Positions 25,574 to 33,475 of a stretch of 40,041 nt of DNA are shown in pieces. The notes under the pieces were generated by a model that saw nothing but the letters and a program-made list of their open reading frames with translations, had not been told where the DNA came from and did not search any database. The stretch covers positions 1-40,041 of IMG/VR virus record IMGVR_UViG_3300045988_063194, one strand, 5' to 3'. The position numbers and the translations under genes were made by a program. Each line of letters begins with the position of its first letter. Positions within the stretch are counted from its first letter, which is position 1. The stretch is from a virus.

Positions 25574-26312
25574 GTAGTGCGGCCAACTCGCCGAGGTTGA
25601 ACTTGTACTGCCGCTTGTGTTCCGTCGGCGTGGCGTGCGACAGTTTGCCGCGTTTGAGCCATTGGCTGATGAGGTTGCGTGATACGGTCAGGCCGTATCG
25701 TTTCAGCTCTTTGGCCGCGCCGCTGGGTGTGCTGATGATTTGCACTTGCCATAGTCTTTCGTCTCGTGCTGCTTTGATTGCTGGCGCAGCCCATTCCATG
25801 TGGCAGTCTTGGCATGTGACCGATTCGGCTTCTGGCGTGCCGGTGAGCAAGCTGTGGCAGTTTGGGCAGGTGCCGAGGATTATGAGCTCGTCTTCTGGTG
25901 TCAGTGCTTGTTCGTTGCGTCTGGTGATGTGTTGCAGGCTGGCGTAGTCGTCGGCTGCTGTGCTCATGTTGAGGATGGCGTGCCGGTTGCTGATGATGGC
26001 GTACCATGCTTTCCGCCAGTCGTATGCGGCGTATGCCGTTCTGATTTTCCCTGCCTGTTCGGCTAGCCAGGCTTCAGAATCTGCGATGAGGTCTTGAGCG
26101 TGGGTGTCGATGGGCAGTGGCGCGTTGCCTTTGTTTGGCGTGTGTTCTGGGGTGCCGATGTGCGCCTGACGGAGCATGATGCTGCGCAGGGCGGGCAGTT
26201 GGACGTGTCCGAGCTGGCGGATGAGCGTCCAGTAGGTTTCACGGCAGTTCTGGCAGAGCATGTTCGCCGATGCCGGTTTCATTGGCTTGTGGCAGTGCTG
26301 GCAGTCGGTCAA
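25557..26312 (-). CDS. Zinc-ribbon / HTH DNA-binding protein (candidate late-gene regulator)
   Basis: TTG start 7 nt after AAGGAGG, overlapping the upstream stop (TTGA). CQHC...CQNC and CPNC...CQDC pairs. C-terminal HTH AAKELKRYGLTVSRNLISQWLKRG. It is the last early gene before the late promoter. Confidence 0.5.
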   Translation of the reverse strand: MTDCQHCHKPMKPASANMLCQNCRETYWTLIRQLGHVQLPALRSIMLRQAHIGTPEHTPNKGNAPLPIDTHAQDLIADSEAWLAEQAGKIRTAYAAYDWRKAWYAIISNRHAILNMSTAADDYASLQHITRRNEQALTPEDELIILGTCPNCHSLLTGTPEAESVTCQDCHMEWAAPAIKAARDERLWQVQIISTPSGAAKELKRYGLTVSRNLISQWLKRGKLSHATPTEHKRQYKFNLGELAALLDCHR

Positions 26313-26452
26313 AGTCTGGCCTCCTTGTCGTACTGGTGGATGATGGCCGCGATTTCGGCTTTCGGGACTTGTGGCACGAGTGGCGCGATCTCGTCGAGTG
26401 CATAGCCGGCCTGATGCCATTTGATGATCATGTTTTCGAGTATTTTCTTCAT
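26309..26452 (-). CDS. 47-aa small HTH-like protein
   Basis: MKKILENMIIKWHQAGYALDEIAPLV... RBS GGAGG. ATGA overlap with the upstream gene. Confidence 0.45.
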   Translation of the reverse strand: MKKILENMIIKWHQAGYALDEIAPLVPQVPKAEIAAIIHQYDKEARL

Positions 26453-26607
26453 TTGGTGGCCTCCAGATATGGATTGTCGCTTGTGTGTGGCGGGAAGTCG
26501 CATTCCTGGTCTTTCCATCCTGCGGCGTAGCCTTCTCGCCATGCTTTGGCCATGCGTCGGTGGTATTCGGCGTCTGTGAGATGGTAGATGAGTTTGGGTT
26601 CTATCAT
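26449..26607 (-). CDS. 52-aa hypothetical protein
   Basis: MIEPKLIYHLTDAEYHRRMAKAWREGY... ATGA overlap with the upstream stop. Confidence 0.45.
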   Translation of the reverse strand: MIEPKLIYHLTDAEYHRRMAKAWREGYAAGWKDQECDFPPHTSDNPYLEATK

Positions 26608-27398
26608 TGTGTGTTCTGCTCCTTGTTGAGTCGTTCTGCGAGTTGGCAGGCTTGTTGGTCTGGCGTGGCGGTTTCCTTGTCGCGTCCGAGCGCTTCGAGC
26701 ACGTGCGAGCATTTCCACGTGTGCACGTGTGGTTTCGAGGGTGGTATGCCGCTCATGCGTGCCCTGCGTTGGCACCAGCCCTTCCATAGGCGGCACCAGT
26801 CGCTGACGGTGCGTGTCTCGCCGTAGTGGCGAGCGGCGAAGGCATTCCACGCGTCCGTGAGGTCGAGATTCGGGTAATCGCGGATTATGGAGGCATTGGC
26901 GTGGGCTTTCTCCCTGACCAGCTCGAAGTCGTTCAGCCCGATTTCTTTGGATGAAGAAGAATATTCTTCTTCATCTTTCTTTTGGGTTCTGGGGTTCTGG
27001 TGTTCTGGTGTTTGTCCCGATTCTGTTTCGATTCTGCCGGCAGTCTGCGCACTTTCTGCCGGCAGACTGCCAGCAGAATAACGGTCATGCTCACGCTTGC
27101 GCTTGGCCATCACCTGCTGACGGCTCCGATTATGCTCGAGGTAATCGTGGATGACATAGCCGCCATCCACGGCCTCGATCAATCCGACCTGCTGCAAAGC
27201 GTCAAGCTCCTGTGTGGTGATGTCGAGCACGAATTCCGCCGTATCATCGTCCACATAACCGTCCGTGAGATTGTCACCGCAGTAGGAAAGCATGACGACG
27301 AACGCACTGACGGCAGAGGGCATGGTACGGCGCAGACGGCGCACCTTACGGTTAAGGTAGAAGCCGTTAGCTAGCTGCACGTAGCCTCGTCTGGCCAT
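26604..27398 (-). CDS. Replisome organiser / replication initiator-like protein
   Basis: The N-terminus (YVQLANGFYLNRKVRRLRRTMPSAVSAFVVMLSYCGDNLTDGYV) resembles a phage replisome-organiser N-domain. A low-complexity linker is encoded by the repeat cluster. The C-terminal domain is Trp/Cys-rich. Confidence 0.55.
   Translation of the reverse strand: MARRGYVQLANGFYLNRKVRRLRRTMPSAVSAFVVMLSYCGDNLTDGYVDDDTAEFVLDITTQELDALQQVGLIEAVDGGYVIHDYLEHNRSRQQVMAKRKREHDRYSAGSLPAESAQTAGRIETESGQTPEHQNPRTQKKDEEEYSSSSKEIGLNDFELVREKAHANASIIRDYPNLDLTDAWNAFAARHYGETRTVSDWCRLWKGWCQRRARMSGIPPSKPHVHTWKCSHVLEALGRDKETATPDQQACQLAERLNKEQNTQ
26950..27065. repeat. Ori-like repeat cluster: 26-bp perfect palindrome plus about 8 TTCTG-type iterons and two CTGCCGGCAG palindromes
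   Basis: gatgaagaagaat|attcttcttcatc at 26950..26975. GGTTCTG at 26985, 26993 and 27001 (period 8). CGATTCTG at 27018 and 27029 (period 11). CTGCCGGCAG at 27034 and 27056 (period 22). Confidence 0.5.
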
Positions 27399-27589
27399 CA
27401 ATCCTCACCTCTTGTGATGCCGTTGAATTCCATCCAGATTGCCTCCTGCCGTGGCGTGGTGCATGGAAGGCCGTCGAAGTTGAGGTTCGCCCAACCGCTG
27501 CCGACGTGCGGCTTGGCCATGATGTCCAATGCTTCCGCGATCTCCACCAAGTCCGGTGGCGGCGTGAGAAGAATTCCAACATCTTCCAT
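27398..27589 (-). CDS. 63-aa hypothetical protein
   Basis: MEDVGILLTPPPDLVEIAEALDIMAKPHVG... TGATG overlaps at both ends. Confidence 0.45.
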   Translation of the reverse strand: MEDVGILLTPPPDLVEIAEALDIMAKPHVGSGWANLNFDGLPCTTPRQEAIWMEFNGITRGED

Positions 27590-27765
27590 CACATGCTCCC
27601 GAATCGCTTGTAGAATTCGCTGTCGGTCATGCCATACAGCGGATCCATGCCAGTTGTCGGCTTGCGCGCGGCCAACTTGTATCCGCAGTACGGGCAGGTC
27701 ACGTAATATGTGCCGACGGTCTCGCCGCAGTGGGCGCACTCGACATATCGGATTGCCTTGCTCAT
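27589..27765 (-). CDS. 58-aa zinc-ribbon protein
   Basis: MSKAIRYVECAHCGETVGTYYVTCPYCGYKL... (CxxC-x11-CxxC). Below the track cutoff. ATGA overlap upstream. Confidence 0.55.
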   Translation of the reverse strand: MSKAIRYVECAHCGETVGTYYVTCPYCGYKLAARKPTTGMDPLYGMTDSEFYKRFGSM

Positions 27766-28082
27766 TCGTTTACCGCCTTCCGTGCGATTTCGAGCATTTC
27801 CTTGGCCTGTCTGATATATTCCTCCTGGAAGCCGGGAATCTCACCGGCATAATTCCATGCGTCATCCTCGCCTTTCGCCACACAGTCACTTTCGACACCA
27901 TCCCACTTCTTGCAGCTTCTCCATAGCAAGCGTTTTGCCACGGCCTCCACCTCGGCATCAGTTGGTGGAGCGGAACGTCCGGCCATGTACGCTGTACCGG
28001 CAAGCTCCCGAACCGTCTGAAACGTCAAATCATCATCCATGCCACGCTCGTAAGCGTCGGCCTCGTCCAGCAGGATGCTCAA
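27762..28082 (-). CDS. 106-aa hypothetical protein
   Basis: TTG start after AAGAGGA, overlapping the upstream stop (TTGA). MSILLDEADAYERGMDDDLTFQTV... Confidence 0.45.
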   Translation of the reverse strand: MSILLDEADAYERGMDDDLTFQTVRELAGTAYMAGRSAPPTDAEVEAVAKRLLWRSCKKWDGVESDCVAKGEDDAWNYAGEIPGFQEEYIRQAKEMLEIARKAVNE

Positions 28083-28558
28083 TTCGTCCTCTTTCCGTTC
28101 GCTTTGACCATTGCCCAGAGAATTTCGCTTGCCGGACGCCTCCTGTATGACAGGTCGTTGTAGGACTGCACATAGTCGAGAATCAGTTTCGAGCCGGTCG
28201 AATCCGGTGTCAGGATCGCGTTCACTCGCGGCGGCACCATCTTCTGCCATACGATCTCGTCGCACAGTTCCTTCGTGCAGACCAGATAGTTCTGATCGCC
28301 GTAGAACGTCAGTCCGTTGCCGCTAGTGAAGTCAGCCATGCATGACTTGACCTCGTAGAACTCGAAGCAGCCTTTCTCGACGCTTGCGGGCACCGGCTCA
28401 CCGTTGATGTTCCAGGGCTTGAAGCCCACGTAGTCCACGCGCCTTTCGTCGGGCGTGTTACGGTCGAAATTGACCTCGCTCGCCCAAAAAGCGGTCTGAT
28501 TCCTCAACCTCTTCTCCACCAGCTTGGACAGCATGGCGGTGGTTTCAGCCCTGCTCAT
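28079..28558 (-). CDS. PD-(D/E)xK nuclease, MmcB-like
   Basis: RRVDYVGFKPW...CFEFYEVKSCMADF...YLVC matches the D...E.K pattern typical of MmcB/restriction-fold nucleases. Confidence 0.55.
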   Translation of the reverse strand: MSRAETTAMLSKLVEKRLRNQTAFWASEVNFDRNTPDERRVDYVGFKPWNINGEPVPASVEKGCFEFYEVKSCMADFTSGNGLTFYGDQNYLVCTKELCDEIVWQKMVPPRVNAILTPDSTGSKLILDYVQSYNDLSYRRRPASEILWAMVKANGKRTN

Positions 28559-28794
28559 TTCGTATCCTTCCCCTTGTACTCGTCCACGAGTTCTTTCCAC
28601 TGCCTGCTTGCGAGTGCGGCGTGGCTGAACCAGCTGGTAGAGATATGTCCACGTGAACATTGGAGCCGGTAGACTGTGAGTGTTGTCCTTACTTTGCGGC
28701 TCTCGTGGTATTTTTCCGTTTGCCATGCCTTGATTACTGGTAGTCTGCCGCACATTGGACACCCATATTCGTTGCGTCTGCGTTTGAACCACAT
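28555..28794 (-). CDS. 79-aa Cys-containing hypothetical protein
   Basis: MWFKRRRNEYGCPMCGRLPVIKAW...LQCSRGH. Possible zinc-binding protein. Confidence 0.4.
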   Translation of the reverse strand: MWFKRRRNEYGCPMCGRLPVIKAWQTEKYHESRKVRTTLTVYRLQCSRGHISTSWFSHAALASRQWKELVDEYKGKDTK

Positions 28795-28796
28795 AA

Positions 28797-29036
28797 CTAT
28801 TCCTTCGCGTCCTCGCTTTGGTTAGGCACCTCGGAAGGCATGGAGCCGGTGTAGCCGAGCATGGAACAGCAAAGCTCTAGAATTTCATGGAATGCGTTAA
28901 CTTGGCCGTCATAGAAGTCTCGGTCGCTCTTTCTGCGGACATCGAATCTGGAAAGTCCGGCTTCATGACAGCGACTTTTCGCCCAGTCGATGATCTCGTT
29001 GAGCGTCTTGTCTTTCTCGGTCACGTTCGTAGCCAT
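28797..29036 (-). CDS. 79-aa hypothetical protein
   Basis: Start MATNVTEKDKTLNEIIDWAKSRCHEAG (RBS GAAGAGGAA). Confidence 0.45.
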   Translation of the reverse strand: MATNVTEKDKTLNEIIDWAKSRCHEAGLSRFDVRRKSDRDFYDGQVNAFHEILELCCSMLGYTGSMPSEVPNQSEDAKE

Positions 29037-29038
29037 GG

Positions 29039-29434
29039 CTAGTGTTCCTCTTCTTCGATTCGGATGGTGATGTGGTAGACGCCTTTTTCGGTGCTTGGCT
29101 CGCCTAGCCGGTAGTCCGGGCCAAGCACGTAGTCGGCGTTGTCGTCGGGCCAGTATCCTGACTGGGTGATGCCGTCGAGTATCGCCTTTACCATTGGGGC
29201 CGCGTTTTCCGGGTCGAAGCGTCCGTGGGTCAGTGGGTGGATGATGGCGGTCACATGCACCGGCCAATGCTCGGGCTTTTGGAGCTTGCCACTGTTGATG
29301 AGATCTCGGAAGGTGAGCAGGCTCATCATCTTGACCGGCTTCTTCCTCCGGTAGGGCACCGCCCAGCTGCGGCTTCGACGGTTCTGTGTCCACCACAGTG
29401 GCTTGCTGATGGCGAGGTCAATGTCATGCCGCAT
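29039..29434 (-). CDS. rusA: RusA-family Holliday junction resolvase
   Basis: Start MRHDIDLAISKPLW (RBS AGGAGG). Acidic catalytic cluster DPENAAPMVKAILDGITQSGYWPDDNADYV. Confidence 0.7.
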   Translation of the reverse strand: MRHDIDLAISKPLWWTQNRRSRSWAVPYRRKKPVKMMSLLTFRDLINSGKLQKPEHWPVHVTAIIHPLTHGRFDPENAAPMVKAILDGITQSGYWPDDNADYVLGPDYRLGEPSTEKGVYHITIRIEEEEH

Positions 29435-29564
29435 GGTCGGCCTCCTGTTCTTCGGCTTCGATTTCGCATTCGGGGCATGGGATGGTGCGCGCCGGATACA
29501 ACGCGCACCCGTGGATTGGGCATACCGGTTCCACGTCCGGCGGTTCAATCCATTCGCACATCAT
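29424..29564 (-). CDS. 46-aa zinc-ribbon protein
   Basis: [36 protein letters not shown]... Below the track cutoff. TGATG overlap with the ssb stop. Confidence 0.45.
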   Translation of the reverse strand: MMCEWIEPPDVEPVCPIHGCALYPARTIPCPECEIEAEEQEADHAA

Positions 29565-30052
29565 CAGAAGTCAGGCTCTCCGGCTGGCGCGCCCCACGGA
29601 TCATCGGCAGGAGCCTGCGACTGCTGCCGTGCCTGCTGCGGCTGCTGATAGCCGCCACCGTTGGCGTTGCCGCCCTGGTATCCGCCTGACTGCATCTTCT
29701 GCACCTGAGCCGTCGCATACTTGAGCGATGGGCCGATCTCATCCACCTGCAACTCGATCACAGTGCGGTTGGAACCGTCCTGCGCCTGGTAGGAACGCTG
29801 CTGCAAACGGCCCTGGGCGATAACACGCATACCCTTCGCGAGACTCTGCGCGCAATGAGTGGCGAGGTCACGCCAGGCGGAACAGCGGAGGAACAACGCG
29901 TCGCCGTCCATCCACTGCTGCGACTGCTTGTCGAACGTGCGCGGCGTGCTCGCGATGGTGAAATTCACCACCTCACTACCATTGCTCAAAGTGCGAATCT
30001 CGGGATCGGCGGTCAGATTGCCAATGATCGTGATAACGGTCTCTCCGGCCAT
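29564..30052 (-). CDS. ssb: Single-stranded DNA-binding protein
   Basis: [35 protein letters not shown] (OB fold). Gly/Gln-rich linker. Acidic tip [13 protein letters not shown]. Confidence 0.93.
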   Translation of the reverse strand: MAGETVITIIGNLTADPEIRTLSNGSEVVNFTIASTPRTFDKQSQQWMDGDALFLRCSAWRDLATHCAQSLAKGMRVIAQGRLQQRSYQAQDGSNRTVIELQVDEIGPSLKYATAQVQKMQSGGYQGGNANGGGYQQPQQARQQSQAPADDPWGAPAGEPDF

Positions 30053-31032
30053 CACTCACCATCCTCCACATCGGTATCAGCCTCGGCCTCGGTGTCCGGT
30101 TCGATGACCTCGGCTGGTTCCTCTTCGGGCTCCTGCTGCTTGCGGTATTCGTCCAATGCCTGAGTGGTCCTGCGGCGCAGGAAGTCCTCATTGGCGAGGA
30201 GATTGTCTGCATCCAATGCGCTGATGTGTGTCGGGTCTGTCAATCCGTGGGCGCCGGTGTGGGCGAACATGACGGCTTCGGCCTCCTCCTTGGATGAGAC
30301 GCCGCATTCACGAAGAATCTGGTAGATTCGTTCGGCCTGTTCGCGTCGGCATGGTGCCTTGTCCGGCATTTGCCGGGCACGAGTGCCATAGCTTTTCCGC
30401 TTGGTTTCCTCTTCTTCCACGACTTCGGCCTGCACGTCATCCATCGACGTCTCATCGCTGGTGTAGACGCCTGAGAGGTCTTGTGGGAAAGCCTTGCGCA
30501 AGGCCAATGCTTCGGCGCATTTCGCGATCATCAAGGCGGGTTTCGTGCCCCAGACGCCGGTCGGCACCTGCTGGCCGCTGCCACGGTCGAGACGTGTCGG
30601 ACAGTATTCCGAGAAGAGTGCGACAGCGCTGAATTTCGAGTCTCCACGGATGATGGTGGCTTTCGCTGCGGTCGGCGGCACTTTCTTGAGCCACACGTCG
30701 TGCCATTCGCCGTCATCGCCGCACCAGAGCACGTCCTGCTCTTCAAGCTTTTCGTGATTACGGTCAGCGACTCGGCGGGCGATGAGACGAAAGCCGTCGA
30801 TGCCGGTTTGGATGGTCTGCTTCATCACGTAATTGCCGCGCGAGTCCTTGCTTCGACGGGCGATCATGTAGATCTGTTTCGCGAATGGGTCAAGGCCGGT
30901 GCGCTGGCATTGATGCAGGAACACGGCAAGGTCTGCCTGTGTGGCGTCCTGAACGCCGATCTGCGTCAATGCGGCCAATTGGCGTTGGGTGAAAGTGTCT
31001 TGGGTGTCGGTGAGAGTGAGTTCGTTGCTCAT
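30052..31032 (-). CDS. recT: RecT-family single-strand annealing recombinase
   Basis: Start [11 protein letters not shown] (RBS AAGGAG). QLAALTQIG...[20 protein letters not shown]...GIDGFRLIA...[13 protein letters not shown]. Confidence 0.85.
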   Translation of the reverse strand: MSNELTLTDTQDTFTQRQLAALTQIGVQDATQADLAVFLHQCQRTGLDPFAKQIYMIARRSKDSRGNYVMKQTIQTGIDGFRLIARRVADRNHEKLEEQDVLWCGDDGEWHDVWLKKVPPTAAKATIIRGDSKFSAVALFSEYCPTRLDRGSGQQVPTGVWGTKPALMIAKCAEALALRKAFPQDLSGVYTSDETSMDDVQAEVVEEEETKRKSYGTRARQMPDKAPCRREQAERIYQILRECGVSSKEEAEAVMFAHTGAHGLTDPTHISALDADNLLANEDFLRRRTTQALDEYRKQQEPEEEPAEVIEPDTEAEADTDVEDGE

Positions 31033-31574
31033 TTGTCTTCTCCTTTTTCTGGCGTGGCGGTGAGTAGCATGCGCATGGTTTCGGCTGCGAGTTCGGTGCT
31101 GAACATTTTGTCCACAAAGCCTTTTGCGGCTCGGAATGTGACTGTGGCTGGCCGTCCGGCCTTGTATTCCACGCCGTCCGGGAGTTCGCCACCGTGGTCG
31201 GCCACCATGTCTTCGATGTACTGCTGGTCCATGGCTTCCGGACGTGGCATCCATGCCTGTTCGGCTGCCGGCTGTCCGCCTGGAATGGTGAAGCCGCAAT
31301 CATGGAGGAGCGCACCGTATTTTTTGGGGTCGGTGACCACGTATTTTCCTTCGGTGCCTTTGCTGAGGCTGATTTCCCCGGCTTCGAGGCTGCCGATGTT
31401 GACCGTCTCCTTGTCCCCGCCGTCATGGTCGTGTGCCCACTCATCCTTCACGATTTTGAAGACGTCTGTGGCTCTTTTGACGATTCCGGCAATACCGCCG
31501 ATGTATTTGTTCTGCTCGTCCGGCCGCATTTGGCTGTATTGGTCTCTGATGCTGTTTTCTGACTGTTTGTCCAT
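31029..31574 (-). CDS. Hypothetical recombination-module protein (possibly Gam-like; no nuclease motifs seen)
   Basis: 181 aa, directly upstream of recT with an ATGA overlap. The function assignment is by position only. Confidence 0.35.
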   Translation of the reverse strand: MDKQSENSIRDQYSQMRPDEQNKYIGGIAGIVKRATDVFKIVKDEWAHDHDGGDKETVNIGSLEAGEISLSKGTEGKYVVTDPKKYGALLHDCGFTIPGGQPAAEQAWMPRPEAMDQQYIEDMVADHGGELPDGVEYKAGRPATVTFRAAKGFVDKMFSTELAAETMRMLLTATPEKGEDK

Positions 31575-31575
31575 T

Positions 31576-31752
31576 TCAGGCTCCCTGCTGATTGCTTGGC
31601 TTGTTTATGTCTGCTTTGATGATGTCGGCGTCGAAATAATTGACCACGAGATTGGCGATATCCAACGCGGACGTTCTGAGCTTGATGGTTTCCGCCAAGG
31701 ACTCTGGCTTGATGGTGAAAACGCCACTCTCGCTATTGGACTTGAGCCTCAT
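31576..31752 (-). CDS. 58-aa hypothetical protein
   Basis: MRLKSNSESGVFTIKPESLAETIKLRTSALDIANLVV... Below the track cutoff. ATGA overlap upstream. Confidence 0.4.
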   Translation of the reverse strand: MRLKSNSESGVFTIKPESLAETIKLRTSALDIANLVVNYFDADIIKADINKPSNQQGA

Positions 31753-32429
31753 TTCGTGTCCTCCTTGCTGTAGTTGGCTTTCAGATCCATGAGTTCGCCG
31801 TTGAGGAGTTTCGTGGCGAATCCGTAGACGACTTTGTCGTTGGCTTGGAACGCGGTTCGCTGCAATGCGCTGATGGCGTCGAAAATGCCGGTCAATGCGT
31901 TGGAGATGATGGCGCGTGGATTGGCTGTGGCTTGTGGCGTGCTGGTGGTAATTCCGGTGGTGACGTCGTTTGGCGTAAGTTTCGATTCGGTAACGTCGGC
32001 CGCCGTGATTTTCGATTCGGTGATGTTGGCTGCTGCGATTTTCGATGCGGTGGTCATGGTTTCTTCCTTCTTTCCGGTTGTGGAGTTTTTCGTGTTTTTG
32101 CGTGTGCGGGGTGAATGCTGGTTGAAGGCCGGCAGAAGTCCTTCCTTGCGGAGTTGACTGATGATGTTGCCGACTGTTTTCTGGCTCATGCCGAGCGCTT
32201 CGGATGTTTCCTTGCCATCGAACGGTTGGCCTTGGTCGATGCGGTTTCTGCAGTGCGCGAGGATGAGGTCTCGCTTCGACGGTTCTTCCGGTTTCGACGG
32301 AAGGCCATTCGTGAGGAGTCCGGCCTTGCGTAACGCCCGCATTTCCGTGATGTCGAGTCCTGCTTCGCCCGACTCGTCGTAGATTTTCTTCAGTTCGGCG
32401 AGTTCGTCAAACGTGTATTCGTGTTTCAA
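31749..32429 (-). CDS. Winged-helix DNA-binding protein with a central decapeptide tandem repeat
   Basis: TTG start (TTGA overlap). wHTH ETSEALGMSQKTVGNIISQLRKEGLL. The repeats SKIAAANITE/SKITAADVTE/SKLTPNDVT are encoded by 30-bp tandem repeats at 31975..32056. An internal in-frame ATG at 32057 has its own RBS. Confidence 0.55.
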   Translation of the reverse strand: MKHEYTFDELAELKKIYDESGEAGLDITEMRALRKAGLLTNGLPSKPEEPSKRDLILAHCRNRIDQGQPFDGKETSEALGMSQKTVGNIISQLRKEGLLPAFNQHSPRTRKNTKNSTTGKKEETMTTASKIAAANITESKITAADVTESKLTPNDVTTGITTSTPQATANPRAIISNALTGIFDAISALQRTAFQANDKVVYGFATKLLNGELMDLKANYSKEDTK

Positions 32430-32605
32430 CGTGTTCCCTTTCTGAGTCTTTCGATCAATCGCCTGTTTTTGCGAATGAGCTCATCAACGTCGATTCCTTG
32501 CTGTGTGAGGGTCGGCTTGCCGGCGTCGAAGCGTGCTTTCCAGTCGCTTTTGACGTTTGGGTGGCTTTTGCACTGTGTCGCCGGAACGAACGTGCCGTTT
32601 TTCAT
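32426..32605 (-). CDS. 59-aa hypothetical protein
   Basis: MKNGTFVPATQCKSHPNVKSDWKARFDAGKPTLTQQGIDVDELIRKNRRLIERL. ATGA overlap upstream. Confidence 0.4.
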   Translation of the reverse strand: MKNGTFVPATQCKSHPNVKSDWKARFDAGKPTLTQQGIDVDELIRKNRRLIERLRKGTR

Positions 32606-32820
32606 CTCGCCACCGTCCTCTGGTACTTGTGTGCTAAAGCCCACCGTTCGGCCACGGCGCGTTGGTATCTGACCTTGCGCCTGTCCTGATGGCCTTCTGG
32701 CGGTTCCACGCCGATTTTCACGTATGGCGGGCCCTTGCCGGTGCTCCGCCAGTTGGCGAGGGTGCGCACGCTCATGCCGAGCATGATGGCCAGTTCGTCT
32801 GGCGTGAGCAGGTCGGTCAT
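32602..32820 (-). CDS. 72-aa MerR/Xis-type helix-turn-helix protein
   Basis: MTDLLTPDELAIMLGMSVRTLANWRSTGKGPPYVKIG. ATGA overlap upstream. Confidence 0.6.
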   Translation of the reverse strand: MTDLLTPDELAIMLGMSVRTLANWRSTGKGPPYVKIGVEPPEGHQDRRKVRYQRAVAERWALAHKYQRTVAR

Positions 32821-33125
32821 GACCGGGCGTCCCGAATGTCGCACATCGGGTCGATGTGGATTCCGGTGAGCATTTCCGGGGTGTCGCCGCCGCCGCGTTC
32901 GAGGTGACGTTTGAGCGCCTTGTCGATGGCCTGGCATGCGACTCGGGCGGCAAACGCGGTGGCCTCGCCCATGTTGCCGGGCAGGGAGACGCCGATCAGT
33001 CCACCCTTGAAGGGGTCCAGCGGCATGTCGAGTTTGCAGATGAGTGCGGGGCCGGATTCCTGGTTGTCGGGGTCGATGTCGACGCAGAGCGCCCATGTTG
33101 CCACCTGTGGTTTGTTTTCGTTCAT
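32817..33125 (-). CDS. 102-aa hypothetical protein
   Basis: MNENKPQVATWALCVDIDPDNQESGPALICKLDMPLDPFKGG... ATGA overlap with the methyltransferase beta ORF stop. Confidence 0.5.
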   Translation of the reverse strand: MNENKPQVATWALCVDIDPDNQESGPALICKLDMPLDPFKGGLIGVSLPGNMGEATAFAARVACQAIDKALKRHLERGGGDTPEMLTGIHIDPMCDIRDARS

Positions 33126-33475
33126 GATGTGGTTTCCTTCCTGAAAAGTTCCTTGTTGTCTTCAACGAGTTGAATTCCTTCGCCGATCCATCTCATGACC
33201 GGAACGGCCATTGAATTCCCCAACGCCTTGTATCGTGGCCCATCCGGCGCGTGCTCCCTGCCGCGCCATTGGATGTCAGTCCACCCATCAGGGAAGCCCT
33301 GGAGCCGTTCGCATTCCAATGGGGTGAGCCTGCGAACCGTTAAACCTTTCATTGGATCCTCCATGTATAAGGACTGGTCGTTGTGCGTGCTGAGCGTGGC
33401 GGAAAGCTCTTCCTGTCCCAGGAATCCCTTACCCCCCCCCGTTCCTCCACCGCGTATCTTGAAGGTAAGGGCCAT
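33122..33475 (-). CDS. C5-cytosine DNA methyltransferase, C-terminal ORF (last TL-type target-recognition motif plus motifs IX-X)
   Basis: ...ELSATLSTHNDQ...LTVRRLTPLECERLQGFPDGW...YKALGNSMAVPVMRWIG. Its ATG overlaps the TAA of the upstream ORF (TAATG). A G9 tract (33432..33440) lies at codons 12-14. Confidence 0.8.
   Translation of the reverse strand: MALTFKIRGGGTGGGKGFLGQEELSATLSTHNDQSLYMEDPMKGLTVRRLTPLECERLQGFPDGWTDIQWRGREHAPDGPRYKALGNSMAVPVMRWIGEGIQLVEDNKELFRKETTS

Noticed and set aside
31029-31574. RecE/exonuclease partner of RecT
   Set aside because: No PD-(D/E)xK or other nuclease motif is visible in the 181-aa sequence. Only the position upstream of recT supports a recombination role, so it stays hypothetical (possibly Gam-like).
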